From a virus (Duplodnaviria; Caudoviricetes), in IMG/VR virus record IMGVR_UViG_3300044724_004122, positions 1-59,245 of that record: a DNA stretch of 59,245 bases; one strand, written 5' to 3'. A model generated the notes under the pieces. It did no database searches. It was not told where the DNA came from and saw only the letters and a program-made list of their open reading frames with translations. The position numbers were made by a program, and so were the translations under genes. This document shows positions 42,115 to 51,866 of the stretch, piece after piece (within the stretch, counting starts at the first letter, position 1; every line of letters begins with the position of its first letter).

Positions 42115-43134
42115 TTATTTCCTCAAAATGTGGGCTGAACTTTCTACTTGGCTTGCACCAGTTTGCTTTACCCACTGTGCTTTTGCTTGTAGTTCTGCAA
42201 TAGTCCTGCAACCAGAGTATGATAGTCCAGAACGCATACCTCTGTCAAGGTTGTCCAGAACTCCCCAGAGCGAACCCTTGTACGGCACAGAAGAAGAAAC
42301 ACCCTCTAAGGAACTTACTTTGCCACGCCAAGCGTTTTGTGCTGCGGCAGAAGCCATACCACGGTATTCTTTTCTTAGTTGCCCATCAGGTGTGCTAAAT
42401 ACTCGACCAGGGGCTTCGTCTGTTCCTGCAAGGAGTGACCCCAACATAACAGCATCAGCGCCAGCAGCAAGAGCCTTAACAATGTCACCCGAAGTTTTAA
42501 TGCCGCCATCTGCAATGATTTTTGCATCTCGGTCTGATTTGGCGCATTGGAGTATTGTTTCAAGCCCTGGAAGACCGTGCCCCGTTTGTACTCTTGTAGT
42601 ACAAATGCTGCCACCTCCAATGTTACATCTAATACTATTAGCGCCCCAATCAGCCAAATCATTGAAGCCCTCCAAGGTAGCCACGTTGCCAGCCATAATG
42701 TGAAAGTCGTCTGGCAAGTTGTTGCGTAAGGTTTCCAAGGCTTCTTTCATAAGAATACTATGACCGTGGGCAACATCAACGCAAATAAAATCTACACCAA
42801 CACCAAAGAGGGACTGTGCTCTCTCCAAAAAGTCTCCGGTGACACCAACTGCTGCGCCGACAACAGTGTCACCATCAGAAGTAATCATTGACTCGGCAAT
42901 GGCTACCTGTTCTTCAACAGAGTTATAGCGATGGATAACGGCTGTGCCACCAAACGAAGACATGACAGCCGCAGTGTCTGCTTCACTAACTGTGTCCATC
43001 GGTGAAGCAACAACTGGAAAGTCTAAGCTTAGTTTACTTCCCAAGTCTGTGTGAAGTGATACCTCCGCACGACTGCGAATGTCAGAGTATTGTGGAACTA
43101 ATAGAACATCATCATAAGTTAGAACTTCTTTCAT
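42115..43134 (-). CDS. guaB: IMP dehydrogenase/GMP reductase family (no CBS domains)
   Basis: LTYDDVLLVP, SPMDTV, DVAHGH, GGGSICTTR, IADGG, VMLGS, YRGM, SYSG. Confidence 0.85.
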   Translation of the reverse strand: MKEVLTYDDVLLVPQYSDIRSRAEVSLHTDLGSKLSLDFPVVASPMDTVSEADTAAVMSSFGGTAVIHRYNSVEEQVAIAESMITSDGDTVVGAAVGVTGDFLERAQSLFGVGVDFICVDVAHGHSILMKEALETLRNNLPDDFHIMAGNVATLEGFNDLADWGANSIRCNIGGGSICTTRVQTGHGLPGLETILQCAKSDRDAKIIADGGIKTSGDIVKALAAGADAVMLGSLLAGTDEAPGRVFSTPDGQLRKEYRGMASAAAQNAWRGKVSSLEGVSSSVPYKGSLWGVLDNLDRGMRSGLSYSGCRTIAELQAKAQWVKQTGASQVESSAHILRK

Positions 43135-43479
43135 TTATTCTCCTAAAAACTTTTTAATAAAATTGTCAAGGTAGTCAAGCGTGTACCACATAAATGGGTC
43201 TGGCTCTGCTGGTTCGTCAAGGAATGCAAACTGGTCGTCGCAAAAGATAGCTACAGAGGGAACTCCACTGAAGTAATCTTCAAAAACATCAGAAGCTGCT
43301 TTTTCATCATTAACATCAATTGTATAGAGTTTAATTTTATCTCCGTATCTTTTATCCAAAACTTCCATCGCAGGCTCTAGGGCTTGACAATAGTGGCAGA
43401 ACTGGCTTTTAAAAAATAGAACAAATGGCTTCTCTGAATCCATTAGGTCCATTATTTTATGGGCTGTCGTTTGTTTCAT
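43135..43479 (-). CDS. Thioredoxin-like protein
   Basis: FCHYC active site, GVPS cis-Pro; start MKQTTAH after AGGAG. Confidence 0.85.
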   Translation of the reverse strand: MKQTTAHKIMDLMDSEKPFVLFFKSQFCHYCQALEPAMEVLDKRYGDKIKLYTIDVNDEKAASDVFEDYFSGVPSVAIFCDDQFAFLDEPAEPDPFMWYTLDYLDNFIKKFLGE

Positions 43480-43717
43480 CTTTGCTCTCCTGACAGTCTG
43501 GGCAAACGAGTACAACTTTACGCTGCTCCTCATTGACAGCAACTCGCCATGTCATGTGGGCTTCTCTGCTTGTTTTATCAAACAATTTGCCACACAGAGT
43601 ACACTCCTTTGGTAAAAGATTGAACATTCCAACCTGTCTAGCCAAGTCTTTCTTTCCTTCTTTGATGTTTTTGTTTGCCTTCTTTCTTTTTATTTTTCTT
43701 GATAAGTTATTACTCAT
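43457..43717 (-). CDS. Hypothetical zinc-binding protein
   Basis: CTLC..CPDC; start MSNNLSRK by ATGA overlap. Confidence 0.7.
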   Translation of the reverse strand: MSNNLSRKIKRKKANKNIKEGKKDLARQVGMFNLLPKECTLCGKLFDKTSREAHMTWRVAVNEEQRKVVLVCPDCQESKDETNDSP

Positions 43718-46700
43718 GCAATTATCTTCCAGTTGTACTTCATAGAACGGGTTGAGAAGCCCCACTGCTCGGAATAGTCCAGCTTTTTTGCCATGTAGGG
43801 ACGGTTGACGTGGATAATGTCTGTCTTGGGGTCGACACCCCAAACCTTGATAGTTGAAGACTTTGAAGTATTGTCGATAGCACGGACAATGTAAAAGTCT
43901 TTACCTTTCCGAGTCTTCTTCTTGATAACCTCACGCGGGATGAACCACGCTGCTCCCAAGTCCCTATCGAACTCACCCAAAGGTGGGATGCAATAGTGTG
44001 CGAGTTGGTCTGTGACGTGCTGAGACATAACAAGGTGGAACGGAAAGATGCCTGCCAACTCAACGAGGTAGGCAATCTTCTCGGTCTTTGAGAAGTCTCC
44101 CTCGGGCTCATAGGTCTCGATGTTCTCCAAGAACTTCTTTTTATTCTTTGGTCTATCGACTGCAACGGCAGACCAGAAGTGTTTGAGCCCTGAGAAGCGC
44201 TCGTCCATTAGAGAGTTCAAAGCCTGTGTGCGGCAAAGAACATCGAGAGCCTTTTTGTTGAGCTTGGAATAAACAATGTCCTCGTTGAACAAAAGCTCTT
44301 CGGGAGTGTGGAACGGACGGTGTGCCATAATCTGGTCGACCGCTTTGTCGCCTAGACCTTTGATAGAAGTGAGGGGCTGAATGAGACTCTTACCATCGTC
44401 GGCAATCTCCCAAACTCGACCCGATAGGTTGATGTCGGGGTTCTCTACTCCAAGTCCAAGGCTTCGCACAATGTTGATAGCCCGCTCTTTCCTTCCTTCC
44501 GGTTCTTTGTCGAGGAAGGCAGCAGCCCACTCAACAGGGTAGTAGTTAAGAAGATGGGCGCACTGATAACTAAGAATGCTGTAAGATACAGCGTGGGACT
44601 TATTAAAACCATACCCTGAGAAGTATTCAAAGGTTTGCCAGAGTTTTTGGGCTTCGGCTTCTGCGATACCTTTTTCAACGCACCCTGCAATGAACTTCTT
44701 GTGAATGGCGACTTTCTTTTCATTACCTTTGCCTGTTCCTTTCTTGGTTAGTAGCTTGCGAAGCATGTTGCCTTCGTCAAGCGTAAGGTCTTTGCCCAGC
44801 TTGTGTGCGAGCAAAGCAATCTGCTCTTGGAAGATAAGGAAACCATAAGTTTCTTTTGTTACTTCCTCGACAAGTGGGTGAAGATACTTGATGTTTTGTG
44901 GGTTCTCTTTCGCATCAACGTATTGCTCGTGGACGTTAGCCGAGAGAGGACCGGGACGATAGATAGAAGTAATAGCCGAAATGTCAATGATAGACCTTGG
45001 CTTTGCACGCCTGCAAAAGTTCTGTGCGCCCTTCTCTGTGAACTGGAATACTCCAGCCCACTTGCCTTTGTGAAAAATGTTTTCGTAAATGGCTTGGTCG
45101 TTCAAGTTCATCTTGTCCGGGCTTAGATGCTCATCATACCATTGCTTTACGTCATCGAACGTAGGGTTCTCAACCCCATGGTGCCTGCGAAGAATATGGC
45201 TGATAGCACCCTCAAGCATACGGAGGCTTGCGAGTCCAAGAATATCAAATTTAATAAAGCCAAGAGGCTCAAGGTGTCTAACATTTTGTCCCTCACTCCA
45301 AGGAGTCTGCTGAACTCCTCCGCTGTTGATAAGCGGCATGTGTTTGTTCAATCCGTCAGCAATAACCACACCACCAGCATGACGACTGATAGAACGCAAC
45401 TGTCCGGTCAAAGCTTTGACGTGAGTCTCAACGTGCGGATACTTCTTCAAGAAACTCTTGAGAGAATCAGAGAACTCCATTAACTCTTCAAAAGTGGGGG
45501 TATAAACACCCGCAGTGATGCCGTGTCGTGCCTTAGCGGGAGGCGTAGCCTCCAAAACCATGACGCTTGTGACGCGGTTGACCTCTGAAAAGTCAATACC
45601 GTAGAACTTTGCAATGTCCTTGATAAGAGAACGCAACTGCAAAGTGTTGTAGTTGGAGATAGGAACAACAGTATCCTTGCCCCACTTCTCCATCAACTCT
45701 TCTTTCAACGCCATAGGGTCGGCAACGTCGTAGTCAATGTCTGGATAATCTGTAGCATCTCGTCTAAGGAATCGGCTAAATAGGAGATTATAAGAAATGG
45801 GATCGATACCTGTAATACCAAGTACATAAGCAACGAGAGAGCCAGCGGCACTACCACGACCAGCACCCACAAGCTGCGTTCTAGTGGCTTCATCACTAAC
45901 CGCCTTCATTGTTAGAAAATACTTTGAGAAACCACGGTCATCAATAACTTTGATTTCTTCTTTTAGTCTCTCGACGTATTCTGGGTTTGTATGCAAGTTG
46001 CGACTCTTCAAGCCTTCGATGCAGAGACGAGTCATTTCCTCTGTGGCTGTCTTGCCCTCTGGAACAACGAAGTCTGGCAGACGAACCGTTGCGTCAGGAA
46101 AGAATGTATCGATACGCTCGTGAGCGATGTGATAGGTGTTTTGTAGCGACTGACGGACTAGGCTGTCGTCGTACTCAAAGCCCAACTCCTCAGCAGAAGA
46201 CTTGTAAGCCTCCCACATTTGGTCACCGTTCTTTGGGTAAAGCTCGCACTTTAGATCCTCACGGGTCTCAGGCAAAGTTGAGTCAGCGTAGTCGGGCTTT
46301 GCTTTGCCAAGCCAACCAAGTTGCTTGTAGAGTTCGCGGTCTTTAAACATTTCAGGACGAGGGTAGTGAGCGTCCGCAGTAGAAACCAAGTCCGTGCTTG
46401 TCTCTGCTGCTGCTTTGATAATGTGTTGGTTGACCTCGTGCTGCTCTGGAATGCGATTCCATTGTAGCTCGCAGTAAAACCTGTCGCCAAAAATGTCTTT
46501 GAACTGGTTGATAGTCTCAACCATCGAGTTATGAACTGCGTCAGCACTTTCCTCACGGTTGTTCCAGAAGCACTTGGAAAGCGGACCACCGAGACAAGCA
46601 GAGGAAACAATAATGCCTTCGTTGTGCTCGCGCAGCATTTTGTAATCAACGCGAGGGAAACGATAGAAGTTCTCACCCTCGTAAGACTTTGATACGAGAG

Positions 46701-47142
46701 AGAAGAGGTTGTTTAGACCTGTTTGGTTCTGGGCGAGAAGAACAAGGTGTGCTCGGCGGTTGAGAACGTGCTTGGCAGAGCGCTTGCTCGCAGCCTCGTC
46801 TTCAATAACCGGACCAGAGGTTTCTTCTTTCTTTTTCTTTTTTTGGTTCGCGAGATGCTCTTCCTTCTCGACCTTCCACTTATCAAGGTCGTCGATGAAG
46901 TAAGCCTCGATGCCAAAGATAGGCTTAAAGTTCTTGCCCTCAGCCTGCATCTTCTTGGCGTTGAGCACCTGATAAGCAAGACCAGACATGTTGCCATGGT
47001 CTGTGAGGGCTAGGGCATCCATTCCGTTTTCCCAAGCGAACTGCTGGTGGTCCTGTGGATACCCCATACCGTCAAAAATACTAAATACGGAGTGTGAGTG
47101 AAGTCCAACAAAAGGAATGCTGGGCTGTGCTCGGTCTGTCAT
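43714..47142 (-). CDS. dnaE: DNA polymerase III alpha subunit
   Basis: PHP LHSHS..DG, LTDHG, GRGSAAGSLV, YPDIDYD, HAGG, KFDILGL, YGFNKSH. Confidence 0.95.
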   Translation of the reverse strand: MTDRAQPSIPFVGLHSHSVFSIFDGMGYPQDHQQFAWENGMDALALTDHGNMSGLAYQVLNAKKMQAEGKNFKPIFGIEAYFIDDLDKWKVEKEEHLANQKKKKKEETSGPVIEDEAASKRSAKHVLNRRAHLVLLAQNQTGLNNLFSLVSKSYEGENFYRFPRVDYKMLREHNEGIIVSSACLGGPLSKCFWNNREESADAVHNSMVETINQFKDIFGDRFYCELQWNRIPEQHEVNQHIIKAAAETSTDLVSTADAHYPRPEMFKDRELYKQLGWLGKAKPDYADSTLPETREDLKCELYPKNGDQMWEAYKSSAEELGFEYDDSLVRQSLQNTYHIAHERIDTFFPDATVRLPDFVVPEGKTATEEMTRLCIEGLKSRNLHTNPEYVERLKEEIKVIDDRGFSKYFLTMKAVSDEATRTQLVGAGRGSAAGSLVAYVLGITGIDPISYNLLFSRFLRRDATDYPDIDYDVADPMALKEELMEKWGKDTVVPISNYNTLQLRSLIKDIAKFYGIDFSEVNRVTSVMVLEATPPAKARHGITAGVYTPTFEELMEFSDSLKSFLKKYPHVETHVKALTGQLRSISRHAGGVVIADGLNKHMPLINSGGVQQTPWSEGQNVRHLEPLGFIKFDILGLASLRMLEGAISHILRRHHGVENPTFDDVKQWYDEHLSPDKMNLNDQAIYENIFHKGKWAGVFQFTEKGAQNFCRRAKPRSIIDISAITSIYRPGPLSANVHEQYVDAKENPQNIKYLHPLVEEVTKETYGFLIFQEQIALLAHKLGKDLTLDEGNMLRKLLTKKGTGKGNEKKVAIHKKFIAGCVEKGIAEAEAQKLWQTFEYFSGYGFNKSHAVSYSILSYQCAHLLNYYPVEWAAAFLDKEPEGRKERAINIVRSLGLGVENPDINLSGRVWEIADDGKSLIQPLTSIKGLGDKAVDQIMAHRPFHTPEELLFNEDIVYSKLNKKALDVLCRTQALNSLMDERFSGLKHFWSAVAVDRPKNKKKFLENIETYEPEGDFSKTEKIAYLVELAGIFPFHLVMSQHVTDQLAHYCIPPLGEFDRDLGAAWFIPREVIKKKTRKGKDFYIVRAIDNTSKSSTIKVWGVDPKTDIIHVNRPYMAKKLDYSEQWGFSTRSMKYNWKIIA

Positions 47143-47150
47143 GCTATCTC

Positions 47151-47375
47151 CTAGTCGTCAAAGGTTGTTTCTGCTGTTGCTAAGTCTAGTTGTCGTTCTA
47201 GTTTGTCTACATCTTCCTCTAAACTTTGTATAGTATCGCTCATTTCGACCATTGTGTCAAGGAAATAATCAACAAAGTTTTGTTGTTCGTAAGAAAGTTG
47301 AATGTAGCTTAGGGGCAAGCCCATTTCCTCCAAGTATCTAAATGGAATTTTCTCGTATTCCTCAGCGTGACTCAT
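47151..47375 (-). CDS. Hypothetical coiled-coil protein
   Basis: 74 aa, GGAG RBS. Confidence 0.65.
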   Translation of the reverse strand: MSHAEEYEKIPFRYLEEMGLPLSYIQLSYEQQNFVDYFLDTMVEMSDTIQSLEEDVDKLERQLDLATAETTFDD

Positions 47376-48276
47376 CGTAGTATTCTCCTAATCTTTCCAG
47401 TTCTCGTGTGTGGGTTGGTGGTTTTAGTATTGGTCTCTTTGGTCTTTCGTATTTTAACTTTGAGACTGCTTCTTGATAACCTTCCCAGGTAGAAGCATTG
47501 TAGTATTCTTCTATCTTCGCTTCTTTGTATGTAGAGTTATCAACGGGCAAGAGAAGTTTCTCTATTGGAAAAGTCCTTCCTGAGTATTGTTCTTCGGGTG
47601 GTAGTCTTTCCAACCACTTGCCGTCTCGCTTGAAGTCGGAGATACTTTTGTAAAGAATGGTATTGACTTTTAGAAAGTTTTTTCTTATTTCTCGCAAGGA
47701 AGACTGTGTGACGGAGAAGGGCAAGAACTCACCGTCCCAAGCTGTCTTGCCGTTGTGCGAAAGATAAAACTCTTTTGCCATGGCGAGTTTCTGTCGGTAT
47801 TGTTTTATTTCCCAGAAGTCGAAAGCAGACCAAGGAAAAGTAATAAAAAACTTTTCTGGCATAGTCCAGCGTGAAACGTGTCGCGCAGTTCTGTTCGCTA
47901 TCTCTGCTCCCTGAATAATAGCCCAGGTGTATGAACCACGCTGTCGCTTGTCCTTTTCGGTCATGCGAACATAATAAATGGGAATCTGGATACGATAACC
48001 TGTTGGGTATTTGTAGTGCTTCCAATAGTGTGAAGGGTCTTCTACCCACTCACCGATGTGCCGTTTGAGCATTCGTGCAGAGCGCTCTTCGCAAACAATA
48101 AAAATTTGTTTGCAACCAAAAAAGGCACATTGTAAAACAGCGTTCTCAACAAGTGTGAGGTCTTTGACTATTGGTTTGAGCCAAGGTGAGTACGGAAACT
48201 GTTCGTCATTTCCGTATCCGTCCAGCGGAATGACTCCGACCATTTTTGCCAAATGGTTCTTGTCTGTTCGTTCCAT
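47362..48276 (-). CDS. Degenerate sugar-phosphate nucleotidyltransferase-like protein
   Basis: VGVIPLDG...LKPI...LVENAV..C...GCKQIFIV. Confidence 0.5.
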   Translation of the reverse strand: MERTDKNHLAKMVGVIPLDGYGNDEQFPYSPWLKPIVKDLTLVENAVLQCAFFGCKQIFIVCEERSARMLKRHIGEWVEDPSHYWKHYKYPTGYRIQIPIYYVRMTEKDKRQRGSYTWAIIQGAEIANRTARHVSRWTMPEKFFITFPWSAFDFWEIKQYRQKLAMAKEFYLSHNGKTAWDGEFLPFSVTQSSLREIRKNFLKVNTILYKSISDFKRDGKWLERLPPEEQYSGRTFPIEKLLLPVDNSTYKEAKIEEYYNASTWEGYQEAVSKLKYERPKRPILKPPTHTRELERLGEYYDESR

Positions 48277-49007
48277 AGTTCGTTCTCATTTACGGTGATA
48301 AACTTTATTTTATCTTCGTCGTAATAAATGTGGTTCTCTGTGGGTCTTACCAAGCGTTTTTTGTAATCGAAGCGGAGTGGATAAGTTCTTGTTCCTCCAC
48401 CTTTCATTCCTTTTAGACCAAGGTCTCTGGCTATGTCGAGAAGAGTATAACGCATAGGAACCCAACTGTGTTCAAAAATGTCGAGTTCAGACTCTCGTAA
48501 ATAGGAAACAACTTCCAAAGTTTTTCTTTTGCCGTGCAACCAAAAGTGTATCTCATTTACAAAGTCCTGACCGTGGTAATAATAAGTGTGGTTATGAGGC
48601 TGTGCGCTCATTCTTACAGTATCTACCACAAACATCTTTCTGTCAAGGGCTTCTTTTATTCTTCCTCCCTCAAACATTTCAGGGTTTGTGATAACCAGTT
48701 GGTCAAACTTGTAGTTGAGCAGTGAGCCGTTCTTTGTTATTATTTTGAGAATGTCTCCGTCTGCTCGGATACTTTGGTTTGGGGTGACTCCTAAGATTTT
48801 TCCACGGTAGTTGAGTTGTAAGGCAAGGAACTCCCATAGGGCTTGTGTTGGGTCTCCGGTGTTGAGTCTTTCAAATGGGAGCGGTTTGCGGGGCTCTGTG
48901 AAGGCTATCCAGTAGTCTTCTTTGAGTGCCCATAATAAAGAAGCAACATCGCCACCTACGACGATGTTGTTTGCGTGGGTGAAGATGTGCTTCTTTAACT
49001 TTCTCAC
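48168..49007 (-). CDS. Hypothetical protein, Rossmann-like N-terminus
   Basis: NIVVGGDVASLLWA. Confidence 0.55.
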   Translation of the reverse strand: MRKLKKHIFTHANNIVVGGDVASLLWALKEDYWIAFTEPRKPLPFERLNTGDPTQALWEFLALQLNYRGKILGVTPNQSIRADGDILKIITKNGSLLNYKFDQLVITNPEMFEGGRIKEALDRKMFVVDTVRMSAQPHNHTYYYHGQDFVNEIHFWLHGKRKTLEVVSYLRESELDIFEHSWVPMRYTLLDIARDLGLKGMKGGGTRTYPLRFDYKKRLVRPTENHIYYDEDKIKFITVNENELWNEQTRTIWQKWSESFRWTDTEMTNSFRTHLGSNQ

Positions 49008-49465
49008 TTTATTTTTCTTTTAATCTTCTTCGCTACTTTTAAAACTTTCTTTGCGTAAAAAACACCTCGTCGGTTTGGTTTCTTTCCTTTGCAACGAAAG
49101 CCAGCGTTGTAGCCACAGAGCCCTACTGAAAGGTTGCCTTTGCCGTATTTATAAACCCAATAGTGGAGTTTCCTTGCGCCCTCTGGCAAACCTATCTTTG
49201 GGTTTTTGAGTTGAGTGCAAGTGTATTTGCTCCACTGTGGCATTACCTGTGCGATGCCGCAAGCACCAGCGTATGAAACAACGTGTGGTTTCCAGTTGGA
49301 CTCAACGTGGAGCATCGCTGCTAAAACAGTTGGGTCAAGTTTATTTTTCTTTGCTTCTTTTACAATACTGCTGCTATAACGACAAGCACGAGTTGCACCA
49401 GAATGACCAAAGAATGCTGCGTTAGCCATGATAGCAAGACAGAGAGTTTTTCCTGTAATGACCAT
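49004..49465 (-). CDS. Lytic transglycosylase (SLT domain) with signal/anchor
   Basis: VESNW..VVSYAGACGIAQVMP, YNAG, YAKKV. Confidence 0.9.
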   Translation of the reverse strand: MVITGKTLCLAIMANAAFFGHSGATRACRYSSSIVKEAKKNKLDPTVLAAMLHVESNWKPHVVSYAGACGIAQVMPQWSKYTCTQLKNPKIGLPEGARKLHYWVYKYGKGNLSVGLCGYNAGFRCKGKKPNRRGVFYAKKVLKVAKKIKRKIK

Positions 49466-50173
49466 TTATGCTCCTCGGATTTCACGATACGCTCCTACTG
49501 TTTCTGGGTATAGTTTTGTAATAATTTCTAACATACCCTTCGCCATTTCTTGAATTTCCCATTGTGCTCCTTCGTGTGTTCGGAGGTCAATGAACTTCAA
49601 GATGTTATTTAGGTTTGCTGAGGCGTAGTATTCTGTGTACATGTTTTGTGGTAGAACACCACGGGCTTGCTCTCGGCAAACACCTGCTTCGATAAGCTGG
49701 TTGAAAAGCGCGAGACTTTGCTTGTGAGCCTCTTTGATAACCAAAGAGGCAGTATTGCCAGGGTCGCTGTCAATTGCTAGAACGGGGTCAATCAAGTCCT
49801 CTGTGTTGCTTGCCTGACGGTTTGACTCGTGTTGTGTTCTAAATGCTACTGGCTCATAGAACTGAATGTCGAAGTCCGTGTAACGTCTGCTAATCTCGTT
49901 GTAAGACCAAGTGCGGTGCCTGTGGTGCTGTGAGCGAACAAACAGCGGAACCTTGACGCGGAAGGTCACGAAGCAATGCTCCAAGGTTGAAGTGTGTTTG
50001 TGTTTGATAAGATACTTGATAAGTTTTTTATCTTTCTCGTCAAGTTCTGTTTTGTGCTTGCCAAAGGAAACGCGAGCAGAGTTTACAACTGAAAGGTCTG
50101 AACCCACAGCATCAACCAACTCTACGAAACCTTTGCCGTCCTCATAAAGAGGCATCTTCATTTTTAGCATCAT
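49466..50173 (-). CDS. thyX: FAD-dependent thymidylate synthase
   Basis: SARVSF, HTSTLEH, QHHRHR.WSYNEISRRY, EQARGVLP, LR....AQWEI. Confidence 0.95.
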   Translation of the reverse strand: MMLKMKMPLYEDGKGFVELVDAVGSDLSVVNSARVSFGKHKTELDEKDKKLIKYLIKHKHTSTLEHCFVTFRVKVPLFVRSQHHRHRTWSYNEISRRYTDFDIQFYEPVAFRTQHESNRQASNTEDLIDPVLAIDSDPGNTASLVIKEAHKQSLALFNQLIEAGVCREQARGVLPQNMYTEYYASANLNNILKFIDLRTHEGAQWEIQEMAKGMLEIITKLYPETVGAYREIRGA

Positions 50174-50575
50174 TTATTTCTCGATTGGTGGAAAGCCGTA
50201 TTTAAGACGAACACGGTCTGAGATAGGAATAGCGTCACCGTCTCCGTCAATACGAACAAACTTCATAACTGTGGAGCAGGCGAGCTTCTGTGTGCCGTTG
50301 TAAACCGAGTGTCGGCGGGCTTCAAGTTTTAGGTCAACACTTGTGGTGCCAATTTTTACAACCCGCCCATAGATTTTAATAAGTTGCCCAGGGCGAACGG
50401 GACAGTGAAACAGAACTTCTTCCATTTTCTTTGTAACCATTCTGGGGGTATCTGCCACCTGACATGCGAAAGAGGCTGCTGCCTCATCCAACCAAGCGAG
50501 CATAATACCCCCAAAAAGATTACCATGATAGCCCACATCGTTTTGTTTTACCAAATGCGTGGAAATGAGTTCCAT
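50174..50575 (-). CDS. Acyl-CoA thioesterase (hotdog fold)
   Basis: HGNLFGGIMLAWLDEAA, F..PV, GTTSV, FV.ID. Confidence 0.9.
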   Translation of the reverse strand: MELISTHLVKQNDVGYHGNLFGGIMLAWLDEAAASFACQVADTPRMVTKKMEEVLFHCPVRPGQLIKIYGRVVKIGTTSVDLKLEARRHSVYNGTQKLACSTVMKFVRIDGDGDAIPISDRVRLKYGFPPIEK

Positions 50576-50850
50576 TATGGCAAAATCCCATAAACGTGGT
50601 TTTGAAGAACAAGGTGATACTCATCGCCCTCAACTTTCAAAGTGTGAACCTGAGAACTTTCTACCACAACAGCGTCACCAGACTCAACATCGATAGAGCA
50701 ATCAGGAGCAGTTGCAATAACATGAACTACCTGATAGGGGTCTTTTGGCGTCTCATAATCATCGGGCAAAACAAAAGAACTTTCTTCTTTCTTTTCCTCG
50801 GTGCAAAGTTGAACTAGGAGATGCCTGTTTAGTGGCTCAAAGTTTTTCAC
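50575..50850 (-). CDS. groES: Co-chaperonin GroES-like
   Basis: FEPLNRHLLV..EEK..FVLPD, VIATAP, GDAVV, YHLV...VYGIL. Confidence 0.75.
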   Translation of the reverse strand: MKNFEPLNRHLLVQLCTEEKKEESSFVLPDDYETPKDPYQVVHVIATAPDCSIDVESGDAVVVESSQVHTLKVEGDEYHLVLQNHVYGILP

Positions 50851-51128
50851 TGGTCTCCTCCAGACTCATGTGGGTTGGAGCCAGCGAGAGTGTAGACCAA
50901 GTTCTCATAAATTTCAGCAAGGTCTTCAAAGTGAATCTGCTTCTCCAACATGCGGTAAGCCTGCATAGCCAGTGAAATCTGGTCCTTGTCTAGCCAGCCA
51001 TTCTCGATGTAATTCTTGCGAAGTTCCTTGCGCTGCTCGCGATAAGGGCGCATACAGTCTTCAACAGCCGCAATGGCTTGAATGTACTCTGCAATGTGCT
51101 GATGAATGTCATTCTTAACGTCTTCCAT
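50847..51128 (-). CDS. Small helical DNA-binding-like protein (T4 DsbA/GapR-like)
   Basis: YI..I..VED....YREQRKEL...Y..G.LDK; family match recalled, weak. Confidence 0.5.
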   Translation of the reverse strand: MEDVKNDIHQHIAEYIQAIAAVEDCMRPYREQRKELRKNYIENGWLDKDQISLAMQAYRMLEKQIHFEDLAEIYENLVYTLAGSNPHESGGDQ

Positions 51129-51370
51129 TAGATTCTCCTCAATTTTGAATTTAGCTCACTGAAACCACCGATAAAAGTTTCCAAACCTTTATCGTCCACT
51201 TCAAACACCAAAGGCACTGTGGACCACTTGGTGTAATCTTTCAACTCTTGTAGTGTATCACTTGCTGGGTCCACTGTCAAGTATTCATACTCTAAGTTTT
51301 TACGTTCCAGCAACTTTTTTGCCTGCACACAGTAAGGGCAGCGCTCTGTGCCATAAACTTTATACTTCAC
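51128..51370 (-). CDS. Glutaredoxin
   Basis: CPYC, TVP, IGGFSEL; GTG start after AGGAG. Confidence 0.9.
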   Translation of the reverse strand: MKYKVYGTERCPYCVQAKKLLERKNLEYEYLTVDPASDTLQELKDYTKWSTVPLVFEVDDKGLETFIGGFSELNSKLRRI

Positions 51371-51815
51371 TTTTCTTGCTCCTGTTTTTGCGTCCGTCTG
51401 GGCGTAGTGAACCTTGTTTGGTTGCCCCGTTTGGGTCAAACAACTTTTTATTTTTTGCTTTGCTAGAATACAACATTAGCTCAACATATTTAAGTCCATC
51501 TTTCTCTCGGTAATAATGTTTGATGAACTCTAACTGACCGTATGCTGGTGGTCGTTGCTTTGGTCTGCGACCGCGACCCTTGTATGCGGGAGGTGGAGGG
51601 GGCTTGTTGAGGATGCTGACAACCTCGTCAAAGTAAGCCTGCTCGCCCATTACATCAACTAGCGCAGGGTCGTGTTTTATTTTTATCATAATGGGAAACT
51701 TTGTGACGAACTCATCTTGACGATGAAAACGACAAGAAGTATAAATGCCGTCATACTCTTTGTCGTCTTGCCAGAACCAAGATGGTTTTACGGGGATGAT
51801 ATCTACTTTGTCCAT
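51360..51815 (-). CDS. Hypothetical early protein
   Basis: Start MDKVDII after AGGAGG, downstream of promoter. Confidence 0.7.
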   Translation of the reverse strand: MDKVDIIPVKPSWFWQDDKEYDGIYTSCRFHRQDEFVTKFPIMIKIKHDPALVDVMGEQAYFDEVVSILNKPPPPPAYKGRGRRPKQRPPAYGQLEFIKHYYREKDGLKYVELMLYSSKAKNKKLFDPNGATKQGSLRPDGRKNRSKKSEV

Positions 51816-51833
51816 TTTGACCTCCTGACCTGT

Positions 51834-51861
51834 AGTATAACACAATGGAAGTGGAAGTCAA
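51834..51861 (-). promoter_or_regulatory. sigma70-type promoter
   Basis: TTGACT-N16-TATACT with TG extension. Confidence 0.7.
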
Positions 51862-51866
51862 GCGTT

